From positions 186,001 to 250,000 of the forward strand of contig NIVC01001567.1 in assembly GCA_002269645.1 (NCBI GenBank): a stretch of 64,000 nt of DNA. The letters run 5' to 3'. Position 1 is the stretch's first letter; every line of letters begins with the position of its first letter. Under the pieces are notes generated by a model. That model was given only the letters and a program-made list of their open reading frames with translations. It ran no database searches and was not told where the DNA came from. Of the stretch, positions 1 through 20,716 are shown piece after piece. Made by a program: the position numbers and the translations under genes. The DNA comes from Macrostomum lignano. Lineage: Eukaryota.

Positions 1-1876
1 TTCCTATCCTATCCTGCAGAGCTACCTTCATGTAGCACTGTACACTGTACAGTCCTGCCCGGCCCCGCGGTACTGATGATGAGCAAGGTCGAGCAGCAAA
101 GCCTCCTCCTCTGCGGCAGTTCAATCTCTCTTTAAAAATCGCAAGCTTTCTATCACACCTTACACTACTAGCGTAAATGGCCAGTCTTATTCTAAACATC
201 GTTCTTCATCTTTCTACGATTTAGAAGTATGTCGCGCGCTGTCGTTTCATTTACATCTGTATCCGCCATTTACCTTCCGTAGCCTAGAGAGAAAGATTCA
301 TGTGGACTTTGTGGAATGGAAGATGCATGGGAGGTCACCCCTCGCTGCTCGTATTTCAAGCCGAAGATCAGATTTTTACGTGATCAATAGCTAGGCTAAA
401 CGGTGTTCGCTATTAATGTAAAAGTATTGAGATTACACAGCTTTGCTCATTCAGCGCCTAAATATTTCGGTTGGTTGCATTTTTGCATCAAAGACGACAG
501 ACGTGGATCTTCAGGTCCGGCCCTCAATGCATGTATATGCTCATGCAGAGCTAATATCAGGCTGATGCATAATTGGATCCTTTCTTCCCTATTTGTGATC
601 ATTTTGGATGCCTGTGGCATAACCAAGCCAGTATCATTATAAAAATTCATTACATGTATATTATTACCAATTGGCGGAGTTGGTGCAGACTGCTGCAGGT
701 GTTAAGCTGTTTGCGAGAGTTTTGAGTTTTTGAGAGTTTCATGCGCTTATGCACTCTTAGCATTTGGGCTAATTGTTGACTAAAATGGATGGGTGCGAAG
801 TATGTATAGTGTGCCATTGTGCATAAATAATAGGAGCTTCATTTACTGAACATGCAGTTATACTGCCTTACATAGTTTACTGAAATACGTACCATCAGTT
901 ACAAAATTTCCAGAGTATAGATGTTATCTAGATGTTACCCGCGCATCTCGTCATCTCATGACGTTTCTGCATGCTGTTTAAGCAGTTTAATGAATATCGA
1001 CACAATGAGTTGCAAGAGGAAATATTTTGTGCTGGATGAGTAAAAATTAAGTCTACAAGATTAAATGACGATGAGTTACATGAAAATCGGCCTCCAACAT
1101 TTTCTTTAATCGCCAATTTTTTACTCAGTATTTCTTTTCCGGCTTGTCCTTGCGTTTTTTGTTTTTACTACTAGTGCTAATTGGTTCGTTTTTGAATGTT
1201 TAAGGACTTGTACCGCTAGCGATTCAGTTGAGAAAAAATAGTTTTATTTTGTGCAGCGATTATTGTAAGATGATTTGTCCGGAACATTGAAACTTCAAAG
1301 CTAATGACGAGGAATCGTAATTTTTTTTACAAAACTAGAACACTTTCGATTGCATTTTTAAAAGTAGTTATTTTACAGAGTTTTAAACAGCAGTGTTCAT
1401 TTGTTTTACGCTGCAAAAATATGCTTATATTTTAAATCACGCATTTGAACTCTAACTATATATATGTTTTAACATTCGACTGACTGATCGATGATATGAT
1501 ATTGATAATAATGATAATGATACATTTATTTTGGGTTCCAGCACTCTAAGCTGAATATCCAGTCTTAGTTAATTATTCGATTTTAGGAATATAATATCTA
1601 TTTAAATAATATATTTTAATATACATTAGGCCTATGCAACAATAAATTTAAAGATAGTAAAAAACATTAGACAATCAAATTTCCTGTAAAAAAAAAAAAA
1701 CTGATTCAATGCACTATGCACACAATAGTGCTTAATTTCTATTTAAATAGTAGGGAGTTAAGTCATAGGGACTCCAGTAAGATTTTGAGGTTATTTTTAG
1801 TAATTCTTCTCCTTTCATTTGGATGTAGTGTAGCCTCATTTAGGCCTATCATGTAATATGGCAACAAAGATATTTT

Positions 1877-2073
1877 CAGTGGCGCAACCAGGGGGGGGAT
1901 GCGGGGGGGGGGGGCGGTCGCCCCCCCTTAGGCGGGGGACCGAAAAAAAATAAAAAGGGGGACCAAGCGAATTTTTGCCAAAAACAGAGCCACCCCTCCG
2001 CCGCCCCCCCCCCTCCCGGGACTTTACCCTCAGAATCCGCCCCCCCCTTGAAAAATTTCTGGTTGCGCTACTG
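1877..2073. mobile_element. hAT-type MITE (197 bp)
   Basis: 15-bp TIRs CAGTGGCGCAACCAG (1877-1891) and CTGGTTGCGCTACTG (2059-2073), 1 mismatch; perfect 8-bp TSD GATATTTT at 1869-1876 and 2074-2081; GC-rich interior in AT-rich DNA. Confidence 0.85.
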
Positions 2074-2699
2074 GATATTTTCATCATTTTTGCTATTATT
2101 TTATAGGCCTAGTTAAGCCTAGTGCATTTATTTCATTTTTCCATTTGTATGAACATTAATTAGCATACTAAAAGTTGTTTCTAGACTGAGGCAACAATGC
2201 TAACCATTAAAAAGTAAAAATAGTGAAGATTTTGTTTAAACTTTAACCTAGCATTAGGCCTAGGCTCTATCTAGTTAAGACCTGCTATAAAGTTATTGTT
2301 GGCAATCCTCTAGTTTTGCACATTTAATTATTTTACAAAAAAATAATTACTTCCTTAGTTTTTGCCATTAATTATTTAAATTCACATAAGTTAAAGATAT
2401 GGTAGTATATCAATTAGTTTGAAATGCATGGCTATTGTATTGGCTATGTCTATGGCCAAAACCTGCAATCATTCCACTGTTTTTTGAAAGATAACTAGAG
2501 CAAGAAAGATAGGGATTATGAGAAATTTCTTGCCTTGTTTGCTTTCTTATCAATCTTGAGCAACAATTCTTATGCAATCATAGCTGGCTAGCCATACTCT
2601 ACCCAGTGCGCAAGCCACCAATGGCCTACCAATGGCCAGCCACCAGTGGACCACCGGAGGTTTTGTCTCGGGAAGCCGAGGGTGGCCCAATGGTGGCCA

Positions 2700-2850
2700 G
2701 CCAATGCAGTGCCACCCTTCAGCCACTGCAGTGCCACCCTTTAGCCACTGCAGTGCCACCCTTCAGCCACTGCAGTGCCACCCTTCAGCCACTGCAGTGC
2801 CACCCTTCAGCCACACTGCAATGCCACCCTTCAGCCACTAAAGTGCCACT
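2700..2850 (+). repeat. 22-bp subterminal minisatellite (CAGTGCCACCCTTCAGCCACTG)
   Basis: Several tandem copies inside the left end of the TIR element. Confidence 0.8.
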
Positions 2851-5233
2851 GTTTTAAAAGCCAAGACTTCACTGTAAATTTAGTAATCTGCTACCATTGT
2901 GCATATATTTGTAACATGACATGACACAATAGCAATTTATCCCTAGTTTCTCTTAGCAGTATGCATTCTTGTATTAGTTATAAGACAAGGCAAAGAATAG
3001 AAACTATAAAAAAGAAACAGTCACAAGTAAGCTTGATTTTTCATGCAATAGACACTATGATATTTTTTGGACATGACCAAGAAACATTCAAGTATTATTA
3101 AATATATTATTACCATTATATTTTGAAAATAGCACAGCAGATACCCATAGTTACAATTCAATTATAATAATAAAGAAATAAAATTGTCGTAGGGCTCTTA
3201 ATTATTCCTTTTGCTAGCCTTACTAGCTGCCACCAAAGTTGTAATAAAGCTATTTCTCCTTAACAATTCTACTGGTTATTAATTGTCTTTCTACTGGTAG
3301 CGCATGTACTTCTATTGGTAGCGTATGTACTTCTATTGGTAGCGTATGAACTTCTATTGTACTTTTCTGGCCTGAGCGGTCTAATAGCACTGTCTATTAT
3401 ATTCCTATACTTTCCCTAATATTATTCTCTCAGTCCTGGGCGTTCCCTGGATCAGAGGGTCACAGCTTGTGTTCCTTCTCTGCCCTGAGGCGATCTTCTC
3501 TCGTTATGAGGCAGTTCTCCTGCCCTGAGGCGAATTTACAATTTACTGCCCTGAGGCGGTTTCTCGCTTGTAGCAGTTTCTGATACTCCCAATTGGGGTT
3601 CTTATACTCTAAGAAATGATTAAGTCTTTAAGCGATTTCAATATTTAGAATGAACTAAATTTGCTTATCAAAAACCGAGAGGCAGCAAACGGTTGCTTCC
3701 TCAAGTCTGCTCAGCGTATCTATTTATACCCAAAATTCGTTATAGTTTAAACAAAATAATAATTGCAGAAATATTTTTGCAAACCACAACATTCAAACAA
3801 ATATTTCGCGCAGATTTGAATAAAGGTTTTTCTAAGAAAGGCAAACATAAAACGAGTAAAATTTAAAAGTATTAGAGCTATTATTAATGCATGTCTCAAA
3901 ATCATTAACCTGTAAGCAATGATATTGATGCATGATTGGGAAAGCTGTTAGGAGGAAAAGAGATACAAAGGCTATATATGGTAAATGCAAAATCAAAATC
4001 CAGAGCCAACTGATAATTACAAGTTAAGGCAATATCTTTAAAAATGTAAAAGTATACTAAGATACATATTTTAAAAGGTAAAAATCCCAATTCTATCGCA
4101 GCAAAATAAAAAATGAGAAAAGCAGAATTAAATAAAAAAGATTTTTACTGTTAAATGTTTGCAATGCAATTATTTTAAAAAATAAGGCAAAAAACGAGAT
4201 AAAAATATAACAGGTTTTCTTTTCCAGCTATCTTCTGCTCATATGCCAGAAAGAACATGTGGACCTTTAAGGCTCTTTTATAGGTATGAGGTTTACATCT
4301 CAAAATTCTTTTACAAAGCAAATTATTCAAAGCAAGGAAGGGCAAATTATTCAAGACAGTGTATCTTATAGTCAAGCAAACAAACAGGTTAGTTGAAAAA
4401 AATTAGAACAATGCATAGTTTGTATAAGGCAGTGTTATTGCTTAAACAGTTTTTCTGTCCCATTATAATAGGCAACCATATCACCCAAAACATTGCTATG
4501 AGTCTATTGTATCAAGCATTCACATGTTGCTGGCTTGGCCTTCAAACCTTAGCTTTTGTTATTTGTCCTTAGTATAGAGCTTGTCTTGCTAGATAGTACC
4601 AATCAAGATAAGAAAAGGCCATTGTTTTTTCACTTCAATCCAATATAAGCAAGCAGAACTTTAGTGCTTATAGAATAGAACAAATCAGTTGCAGTTGACA
4701 ATCATAGTAAAAGGCTGGAAAGTTAATATAAATAAGATTTAAATTTGAGACTTATTTAACAAAACAAAATTCTATTTATATAATGGTTATTAGGCCTAGT
4801 CTCTTGAAAAGTTCTTATCAAAACTTAAAATTAAAATCAAAACTCAAACTCAAAACATAAAATTAATTAGGCCCTATTAGGCCTACCTTATTAAGCTAGG
4901 TTTTTTTGCATATCTATTTAATATATAGGCCTACTTTGAATTTGAATCAAAATAGATATAGTTTATGTATAACTTTTTTGAAAAAGATATGTTTTAACAT
5001 AGGTAGGGCCTAGTTCTACAACTTATTTTTGTCTTTTTATGCTAAATTTAGATTGCTTTAAAATAAAAAAATAGGCCTGGTTCCCATTAAAATTAAAAAT
5101 CTTTCAAATAAGTATTAGCCTAGGCCTATCCATCAATGCTATAGGCCTTAAAATGTTTAAGTGGGCCTAAATTTTTACCAAAATAGGCCTAGTTAGGGCC
5201 TATTAGGCCCTATATAATAGCTATAGGCCCTAT

Positions 5234-5460
5234 AGTACACCTTTTTATGTTCAATTTTGATCAAAGTCCAGTTCTAAAAAAACTTGCGGAAATTCAATTT
5301 AGACAATTCAGACTAGGGACAATTTTGTCTATGGCTAAACATTGCTTTGATAGCAGAATGTTTTGAACTGGGGTTTGTTGCCCTAGTCTGAATTGAATTT
5401 CTGCCAGTTTTTTAGAACTGGACTTTGATCAAAATTGAATTGAATGTGAAAATGTGTACT
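5234..5460. mobile_element. Foldback/palindromic MITE nested in the TIR element
   Basis: AGTACAC...GTGTACT ends; arms TTCAATTTTGATCAAAGTCCAGTTCTAAAAAA / TTTTTTAGAACTGGACTTTGATCAAAATTGAA and AATTCAGACTAGGG / CCCTAGTCTGAATT. Confidence 0.7.
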
Positions 5461-8064
5461 TTATATAGAATGAAAATAAATAAGACTTTCTAACTAGAAA
5501 ATATAATTGAGTTAGAAAAATTGTTCAACAATATGCTATATATATTATATAAGAATAAAACTCTGTTAAGACACTGGTCTGGTCCATTTATAGACCTAGC
5601 CAACTATATTAATGTGCCTATAATTATAGGCCTATTATAGATCAGGACAAGTGCTGGCTCAATCAATTCACAAAAATTTTTAAAGCAAAATAGGGGCCTA
5701 AACATAATGAATATGTATTATGTCAATGTGGTAGTCACTTAAAAACACCCAGCCATTCAATTTGAGGGTTATTGAACCTGAAGTAGGCCTATACGCACTT
5801 AACAACTTTAATCCATTAAAGCAGAGTAGTAGTCGTAGTATAAGATGAAAAAAGATTTGTTTACATAATTTAAATAGTTGACTTTTTTTAAAATAGTGAA
5901 ACAAATTTTGACAAGGAAACTGTCTAAAACAGATTCTCTGAAATAATCTAGTAATTTTTTAGTTTAGTAAAAATTTTTCTTCGTTAATTTATTATTTAAC
6001 TTTCTTCGACTCAAGCTGCTTTTTGGGGTTGGCATCGTGGTTCTACGCCACTGTCTGACCAACTAACAAATGTAAATTCCAAACTTAGTGAAAAAAACTA
6101 CTAGGAAAGTTTTTCTACAAATTATAACACGAATAAAACACTATGGGCTTACAGTAACAGCAGTTGTTATTATGTCAATGGCCATCTAAATGCCACCTCA
6201 ATGCCAACTTGCCCATTTGCCACTGTAATGCCACCCCGATGCCAACCATGCTTGGATCCTGTCAAAAAACAATTAGGCTAAAATAAATAAACATTCCAGC
6301 ACTTTTCAATTGTTTTTGCAAGCTTCTAGTAAAATAATAGTCTGTTACTCATGGCCACCGCACCACCGGTGGCCCACCAGTGGCCCAATGGTGGCTCACG
6401 CACTGGGTAGATCATGTAATATATGCCTAAAAATTTAGGTATGCTTTGGCCTTATATGTTAAAAGTAGGCTTGTATAATTAAAATATTGCTCCTAAGAAA
6501 AAAGTGTGTTTGCACATCTGGTATGCACTAAAGAAAGTTAGTGTTAAGTAAATAGAAAAAAAGTTTATTTTAAGCATCAATTTCAAGCTTTCTAGGTTTT
6601 TAAAACTCTTAATAAGGCTCTTAAACAAATCTTTGCACATATCAATTTTTTGCTATAAATAATATTGTTAAAAAGCATAAAAATCAATTAAATTATCTAT
6701 TAAAAAGGTTCTTTTAAGCAATTTTAAATAAGCCATTTATTTTCACAATGTATAAAAGCTCATTTATTATTGCAACACTAGTGTAGTTTTGAAAATAGGC
6801 ATGCATTTGTAATTATTCAATTTTTGTTTGGGCATGCACCTAGTATGATCTAGACTATGGCTGGCTAGATTCTTTGTAGCATCTACTACCCGCTAATAGT
6901 ATAATTCCTATTGCATATATATGACCTGCAGCAGACCTTTGCTACTTTGGCAACTCTAGCAAATCTAAGGCCCTGTTAAATATCCACTTGGACAAGTTTC
7001 TTTGGTGCTGTTGCCAGCTGTATAACACCTTTGGCAATATCCTTTTCTAGGTGGCACATTAATATGACATCTGAAACTCTATATTTTTAGTTTAACAAAC
7101 TTTCCTTTGTTCAATTGTTTAAACTTTGTTTAAAAAATTAAATATGCTAAATTAGAAGATTGCCTTATTATATCTGAAACTCTAAAGCCCTATTAGCTTT
7201 GCATTTTATGACTTTATGCTTAGCTTTAAACTTTATAATCAGGGTTTTTCTGTAATAAGTCACATAATTATATTTTTAAGTTATTGATTTGAAATAAAGC
7301 TAGGCTTATTTTCTTCAAATTTGCCATTTCTATATAAGACAAGTCATAAAACACTTCATAAAATTCCTTTGTAAATAATGATAGCAATCATTAACTGATT
7401 GTTAATTAATATTGTCTTATTTATTTAGTTTTTAAAAAGACTATCTAGAGCTCTATTTTATTTATCTTAACTTAAAATCTACTATCCTAATTAACATAAT
7501 TTGCATATTGGCTTATATGATCCTTGTGCTTAGATCCTTGTGCTTAGATATGCTAGGACCTATTGTATGTTAGTTTTTATCATATGCTATGATCTTGTAT
7601 ATGCCTCATTATATGTTTATACTATTTGTTTCTTCCTTTTTGTTTGGTTGCACAGCAGCACTATTTATTGTTTCCTTTTTTGTTATACTGTATTATGCCA
7701 CTAAAAGGGTCTGTCTGAGACTGAAAGCACAATGATTGGTCTAGTGCAAATGTACATATTTAGATATTAATATAAAGTATATCTAGTTTTAAGTATATTA
7801 CAACTAACCCTGTATATTAGAGTTTAAATTATTATCATGCAATTTAAATCTTGGCAACTGACTAATTATCCCTTATAAGCCTTTGTAACGCATCAACTCT
7901 AGTTTATATTTTAATTTTCAATCCAAGTTCATAAAATGTATGTCATATATAATCTACTTTATCTATTAAACATATTGCATGACTTTGGTCACAGAAAGCA
8001 GATATAAATCATAGAATTAGGTTAGTAGAGCTACCAAATATAAGCACAAATACAAATATACATA

Positions 8065-14791
<6,727 letters not shown>

Positions 14792-15335
14792 TCCGCAATC
14801 CATTACAGTTACCATCGCCCGCTGCTTTGTGAAACCCGACTTTAACTTAACTGCAGAAGCAAGCTCTGATTTCTACTAAGTGTTCTCAATTCTTTTTCTA
14901 CTACACATGCCACTATGCTTAATATTTGCCTGTCTCCTGCTATCTCGTTAAGAAATTAGTAAATTTATTATTACGATTGTATTATTAATAAATTTTGAGA
15001 ATATCTGGTTATGTTTGTGGTTAATCAATTCTAATCATAGGTTGCATAGGTTATATATCAATTGTTTGTTACATGCAGCAGCTTTATTATTAACATATTT
15101 CTGCTCATCCGAAATAGCCGCTAATTATATAGTAATGTTATAATATAACAATATAATTTTATATTGCTACTGGATTATTGACTGATGCGCGATTGGAAAT
15201 AGCTCGTATTTGAAATAATTAAAACAGCTCTGGATATTGCAGCCTGGTGAATTCAAAAACACTTTTTTTTCTGCTTTTTAAGTTCTTTTGTTTTTCTTCA
15301 CTTAGTTTAGTTGGTATTTGCAATACAGAAACAAT

Positions 15336-15409
15336 ATGATGACACTGATAGAGACATCTGATCCGCAAATCATGAAGATGTCTTAGACTTTGACGTCTTG
15401 ATCGTCTGA
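15336..15409 (+). ncRNA. Diverged SNORD74-like box C/D snoRNA paralog
   Basis: ATGATGA-CACTGATAGAGACAT-CTGA-TCCGCAAATC-ATGAAGA-TGTCTTAGACTTTGACGTCTTGATCGT-CTGA. All four boxes are kept and the AGAC...GTCT internal stem is kept; one G>A change in the guide. Lies in a probable 5'-UTR intron of ATP synthase c (donor CTG|GTGAAT at 15247, acceptor CAG at 15825-15827). Confidence 0.7.
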
Positions 15410-15464
15410 TTTAGAGACATTTTTATAACTCCGTACTACTAATATACATTGTGTCTTTCCAACC

Positions 15465-15690
15465 CCAATGTACAGAGGGTTCCTCTACCCCCCAATGTAC
15501 ATAGGCTTCCCACTACCCCCAATGTACAGTGTCTTCCCTCTACCCCTTAACGTACAGAGGCTTCTCTCTACCCCCAATGTACAGTGTCTTCCCTCTACCC
15601 CAATGTACAGAGGCTTCCCTCTACCCCCAACGTACAGAGGCTTCCCTCTACCCCCAACGTACAGAGGCTTCCCTCTACCCCCAATGTACA
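15465..15690 (+). repeat. ~30-bp minisatellite (AATGTACAGAGGCTTCCCTCTACCCC..)
   Basis: Tandem copies upstream of the ATP synthase c CDS. Confidence 0.85.
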
Positions 15691-15739
15691 CTCTGCTTCC
15701 CTCTGCCATTTATTCAACTTTGTTCTTATAAGGTAGTAG

Positions 15740-16189
<450 letters not shown>

Positions 16190-16479
16190 GAGTGTTAGAG
16201 GCCGGTGTGAAAATAACCGCACGATCAACTTATTCATTATTTATAATTTAGCACTTCTAGAAAATATAGAAAATAAAGGGTTAATAAAATTAGTAATTTT
16301 TTTCTTTATATGTCTACTATTAGTAGGGTAGTTAGAGTGTGTGTTGGCTTTTTTTTCAAACTAACGATAATATTATTATAAAAATATAATCACTAAGAAT
16401 TGAAACCCTTGATTTAGTGGGCTTTTCATAGTCTATGGCCTGAACTCATTTCCGGGCCTTGGGCTGGACTTGTGTCACC

Positions 16480-17880
16480 GTCTATAAAACAAAGTAAGCG
16501 CAAGTATACAATTAAAACAGATTTATTTAAAAATTAGTTTCATTTCTAGTTGTGGGACGATGAGCCAGTAAGTAGTATAGAAAAAAAGGCGAGCGAAGCG
16601 AGAATTTTTTTCTATGCTGCTTACTTTTGCGAAATCGTCCCTGATAAGATGTAGCAACGGTGTCACATAGGAAAATGACGTTTTTCAACTTTTAAACGCT
16701 GCCAATAAAAAACGGTGCAACCGATTTACAAACAGTTTTTGCCAAAATGTGTCAAAGACCTAGCACTATCGGATGCACAATAGTTGGTTGCCATGGCAAT
16801 GCGTTTTGGTTGCCATGGCAACCAAAAACTGCGTTTTTTCAACTTTTTCAAAAAATTTGATCTTAATTACAGCGGCAGGAAATTATGGCAGCGCTTAGTG
16901 AGTGTGCTCAATAGACGCGGGCATTTGAACGCTACAATGATCTGAAATGGATTTTTTGATTGTACTTTCACTTTACAGGTAAAAGTACAAAAAACGTGTT
17001 TTTTGAGGTCGAAAAATTGGCATTTTTTCCAACTTTGCCTCACCGCAGCAAAAAGGACGCGCGATAGCGCGGCCTTTGAGCTGCCTCCTAGCGTTGACAA
17101 CACTTGGGGCTGTCTGATGCGCTAGATTTTTTTTGGCTAAAATGTACTTTTCACATGGCTGCCTATCTGCTGTTTAAAAGTACAAATTTTTAGTGCACTT
17201 TTGTGAGGCTTATGGCGTCGAGATGGAAAACTTTATTTTTGCTGTTTTGTATACCAAATAACTCAAATGGATGTCTTTTAATCGGAAACATCGAGATTTG
17301 GCCGATTGGGCCATCAATAACCTGCCCAGGTGCCAAAGAGTGCCTAAAAACGACATTTTCGAAAAATTGGGTCACGTTTTTAAAAAGTAGTCCCAAAAAA
17401 TAAGGAAGCGTTTTATGCTACGGTGTTGAGACTTTAACACAACGTGTCAAACATTTGGAAATTTGTTTTCCTGAATTTTCTAAGCATTTGGACCTACCTG
17501 TGCGGAGCAGTGACCCGGAAACCAGGGAAAAAAGGGCCCGGGGCTCTGCAGAAAATCAAACGTTGTTAAGGAAATTTTTTTAAAATGGGGCGAATTTTTT
17601 CGAGTGTAGTGTCAAATTGTAGCCCATCGGATGCCCTTTTGAATGACATAAGACACTCTGGAAAAAACCCCTGTTAACAGGTACTTTTTACCGGTTAAGT
17701 GAAAAACGGCCCATTTGGGGGTACAAACTTTGAAGTCGAAAAATAAGAAATTTTGCGCACCGATTTTTCTGCATTTTCAATATTGTTTAGTCGAATAGCT
17801 AAAGTTTCACCGGTCATACGCCAATATGGCTGGAAAATTCGTATTTTTGAGCAAACTGCATCTGATTTTTAAAAATGCAA
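16480..17880. mobile_element. Unclassified repeat-like/transposon-derived non-coding segment interrupted by the Helitron
   Basis: Composition distinct from the flanks, no credible ORF, long hairpin at 16568-16624. The sequence appears to continue after the Helitron (AAAAATGCAA|TTTCGATGAAAAAC). Ends not defined. Confidence 0.3.
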
Positions 17881-20602
17881 TCTATACCACTATACCACTA
17901 GACTAACTAATGCCAGGGGCGTGGGGCGGCCAGCCCCCACTATACCACTAGACTAACTAATGCCAGGGGCGTGGGGGGCGGCCAGCCCCCACTATACCAC
18001 TAGACTAACTAATGCCAGGGGCGTGGGGGCGGCCAGCCCCCACTATACCACTAGACTAACTAATGCCAGGGGCGTGGGGGCGGCCAGCCCCCACTATACC
18101 ACTAGACTAATAAATGCCAGGGGCGTGGGGGCGGCCAGCCCCCTACTATACCACTAGACTAACTAATGCCAGGGGCGTGGGGGCGGCCAGCCCCCACTAT
18201 ACCACTTAGACTAACTAATGCCAGGGGCGTGGGGGCGGCCAGCCCCCCACTATTTCACTAGACTAACTAATGCCAGGGGCGTGGGGGCGGCCAGCCCCCC
18301 ACTATACCACTAGACTAACTAATGCCAGGGGCGTGGGGGCGGCCAGCCCCCCACTATACCACTAGACTAACTAATGCCAGGGGCGTGGGGGGCGGCCAGC
18401 CCCCCACTATACCACTAGACTAATAAATGCCAGGGGCGTGGGGGCGGCCAGCCCCCCACTATACCACTAGACTAACTAATGCCAGGGGCGTGGGGGCGGC
18501 CAGCCCCCCACTATACCACTAGACTAACTAATGCCAGGGGCGTGGGGGCGGCCAGCCCCCCACTATACCACTAGACTAATAAATGCCAGGGGCGTGGGGG
18601 CGGCCAGCCCCCCACTATACCACTAGACTAACTAATGCCAGGGGCGTGGGGGCGGCCAGCCCCCCACTATACCACTATACCACTAGACTAACTAATGCCA
18701 GGGCGTGGGGGGCGGCCAGCCCCCCACTATACCACTAGACTAACTAATGCCAGGGGCGTGGGGGCGGCCAGCCCCCACTATACCACTAGACTAACTAATG
18801 CCAGGGGCGTGGGGGCGGCCAGCCCCCCACTATACCACTAGACTAACTAATGCCAGGGGCGTGGGGGGCGGCCAGCCCCCACTATACCACTAGACTAATA
18901 AATGCCAGGGGCGTGGGGGCGGCCAGCCCCCCACTATACCACTAGACTAACTAATGCCAGGGGCGTGGGGGCGGCCAGCCCCCACTATACCACTATACCA
19001 CTAGACTAACTAATGCCAGGGGCGTGGGGGGCGGCCAGCCCCCACTATACCACTAGACTAACTAATGCCAGGGGCGTGGGGGCGGCCAGCCCCCACTATA
19101 CCACTAGACTAACTAATGCCAGGGGCGTGGGGGGCGGCCAGCCCCCCACTATACCACTAGACTAATAAATGCCAGGGGCGTGGGGGGCGGCCAGCCCCCA
19201 CTATACCACTATACCACTAGACTAACTAATGCCAGGGGCGTGGGGGGCGGCCAGCCCCCCACTAAACCACTAGACTAACTAATGCCAGGGGCGTGGGGGC
19301 GGCCAGCCCCCCACTATACCACTAGACTAACTAATGCCAGGGGCGTGGGGGGCGGCCAGCCCCCCACTATTCCACTAGACTAACTAATGCCAGGGGCGTG
19401 GGGGGCGGCCAGCCCCCCACTATACCACTAGACTAACTAATGCCAGGGGCGTGGGGGCGGCCAGCCCCCCACTATACCACTAGACTAACTAATGCCAGGG
19501 GCGTGGGGGCGGCCAGCCCCCCACTATACCACTAGACTAACTAATGCCAGGGGCGTGGGGGGCGGCTAGCCCCCACTATACCACTAGACTAACTAATGCC
19601 AGGGGCGTGGGGGGCGGCCAGCCCCCCACTAAACCACTAGACTAACTAATGCCAGGGGCGTGGGGGCGGCCAGCCCCCACTATACCACTAGACTAACTAA
19701 TGCCAGGGGCGTGGGGGGCGGCCAGCCCCCACTATACCACTAGACTAATAAATGCCAGGGGCGTGGGGGCGGCCAGCCCCCCACTATACCACTATACCAC
19801 TAGACTAACTAATGCCAGGGGCGTGGGGGCGGCCAGCCCCCCACTATACCACTAGACTAACTAATGCCAGGGGCGTTGGGGGCGGCCAGCCCCCCACTAT
19901 ACCACTAGACTAACTAATGCCAGGGGCGTGGGGGCCGGCCAGCCCCCCACTATACCACTAGACTAATAAATGCCAGGGGCGTTGGGGGGGCGGCCAGCCC
20001 CCTACTATACCACTAGACTAACTAATGCCAGGGGCGTGGGGGGCGGCCAGCCCCCCACTATACCACTTAGACTAACTAATGCCAGGGGCGTGGGGGGCGG
20101 CCAGCCCCCCACTATTCCACTAGACTAACTAATGCCAGGGGCGTGGGGGGCGGCCAGCCCCCCACTATACCACTAGACTAACTAATGCCAGGGGCGTGGG
20201 GGGCGGCTAGCCCCCCACTATACCACTATACCACTAGACTAACTAATGCCAGGGGCGTAGGGGGCGGCCAGCCCCCACTATACCACTTAGAATAACTAAT
20301 GCCAGGGGCGTGGGGGCGGCCAGCCCCCCCTATACCACTATACCACTAGACTAACTAATGCCAGGGGCGTGGGGGCGGCTAGCCCCCCACTATACCACTA
20401 TACCACTAGACTAACTAATGCCAGGGGCGTGGGGGCGGCTAGCCCCACACTATACCACTATACCACTAGACTAACTAATGCCAGGGGCGTGGGGGGCGGC
20501 CAGCCCCCACTATACCACTAGATTAACTAATGCCAGGGGCGTGGGGGGCGGCCAGTCCCCCACTATACCACTAGACTAACTAATGCCAGGGGCGTGGGGG
20601 GG
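17881..20602 (+). repeat. ~53-bp satellite, ~50 copies (ACTATACCACTAGACTAACTAATGCCAGGGGCGTGGGGGCGGCCAGCCCCCC)
   Basis: Highly homogeneous tandem array; each unit carries a GGGGGC-GGCCA-GCCCCC hairpin followed about 9 nt later by CTAG. Confidence 0.95.
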
Positions 20603-20716
20603 CTTTTTAGCTCTCAATTTAGGTTAAATAAATAGATGTCATAGCCATAAACAATAATGGACACAATATAAACCATCGTCCCACCTTTGAAGACGACAGC
20701 GTCTTCATTTTACTAG
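17881..20716 (+). mobile_element. Non-autonomous Helitron composed mostly of a satellite
   Basis: 5' end A|TCTATAC (17881); 3' hairpin TGAAGACG-ACAG-CGTCTTCA (20688-20707), then TTTTA-CTAG|T (20713-20716); inserted between A and T with no TSD. These are all canonical Helitron end features. Confidence 0.75.

Larger units (their letters stand above)
2602..6407. mobile_element. Non-autonomous TIR DNA transposon (~3.8 kb), CCCAG...CTGGG ends flanked by TA
   Basis: Left end TA|CCCAGTGCGCAAGCCACCAATGG (2602) is the inverted repeat of the right end CCAATGGTGGCTCACGCACTGGG|TA (6407); GC-rich subterminal GCCACC/GGTGGC motifs at both ends; AT-rich non-coding interior. Superfamily not determined. Confidence 0.65.

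Noticed and set aside
20-76. Possible terminal exon SYLHVALYTVQSCPAPRY* after CCTGCAG
   Set aside because: Too short, phase unknown, no recognisable family, and upstream context lies outside the window.
3365-3600. tRNA/SINE-like start (GGCCTGAGCGGTCTAA) and three CTGCCCTGAGGCG motifs
   Set aside because: No B-box or cloverleaf could be built.
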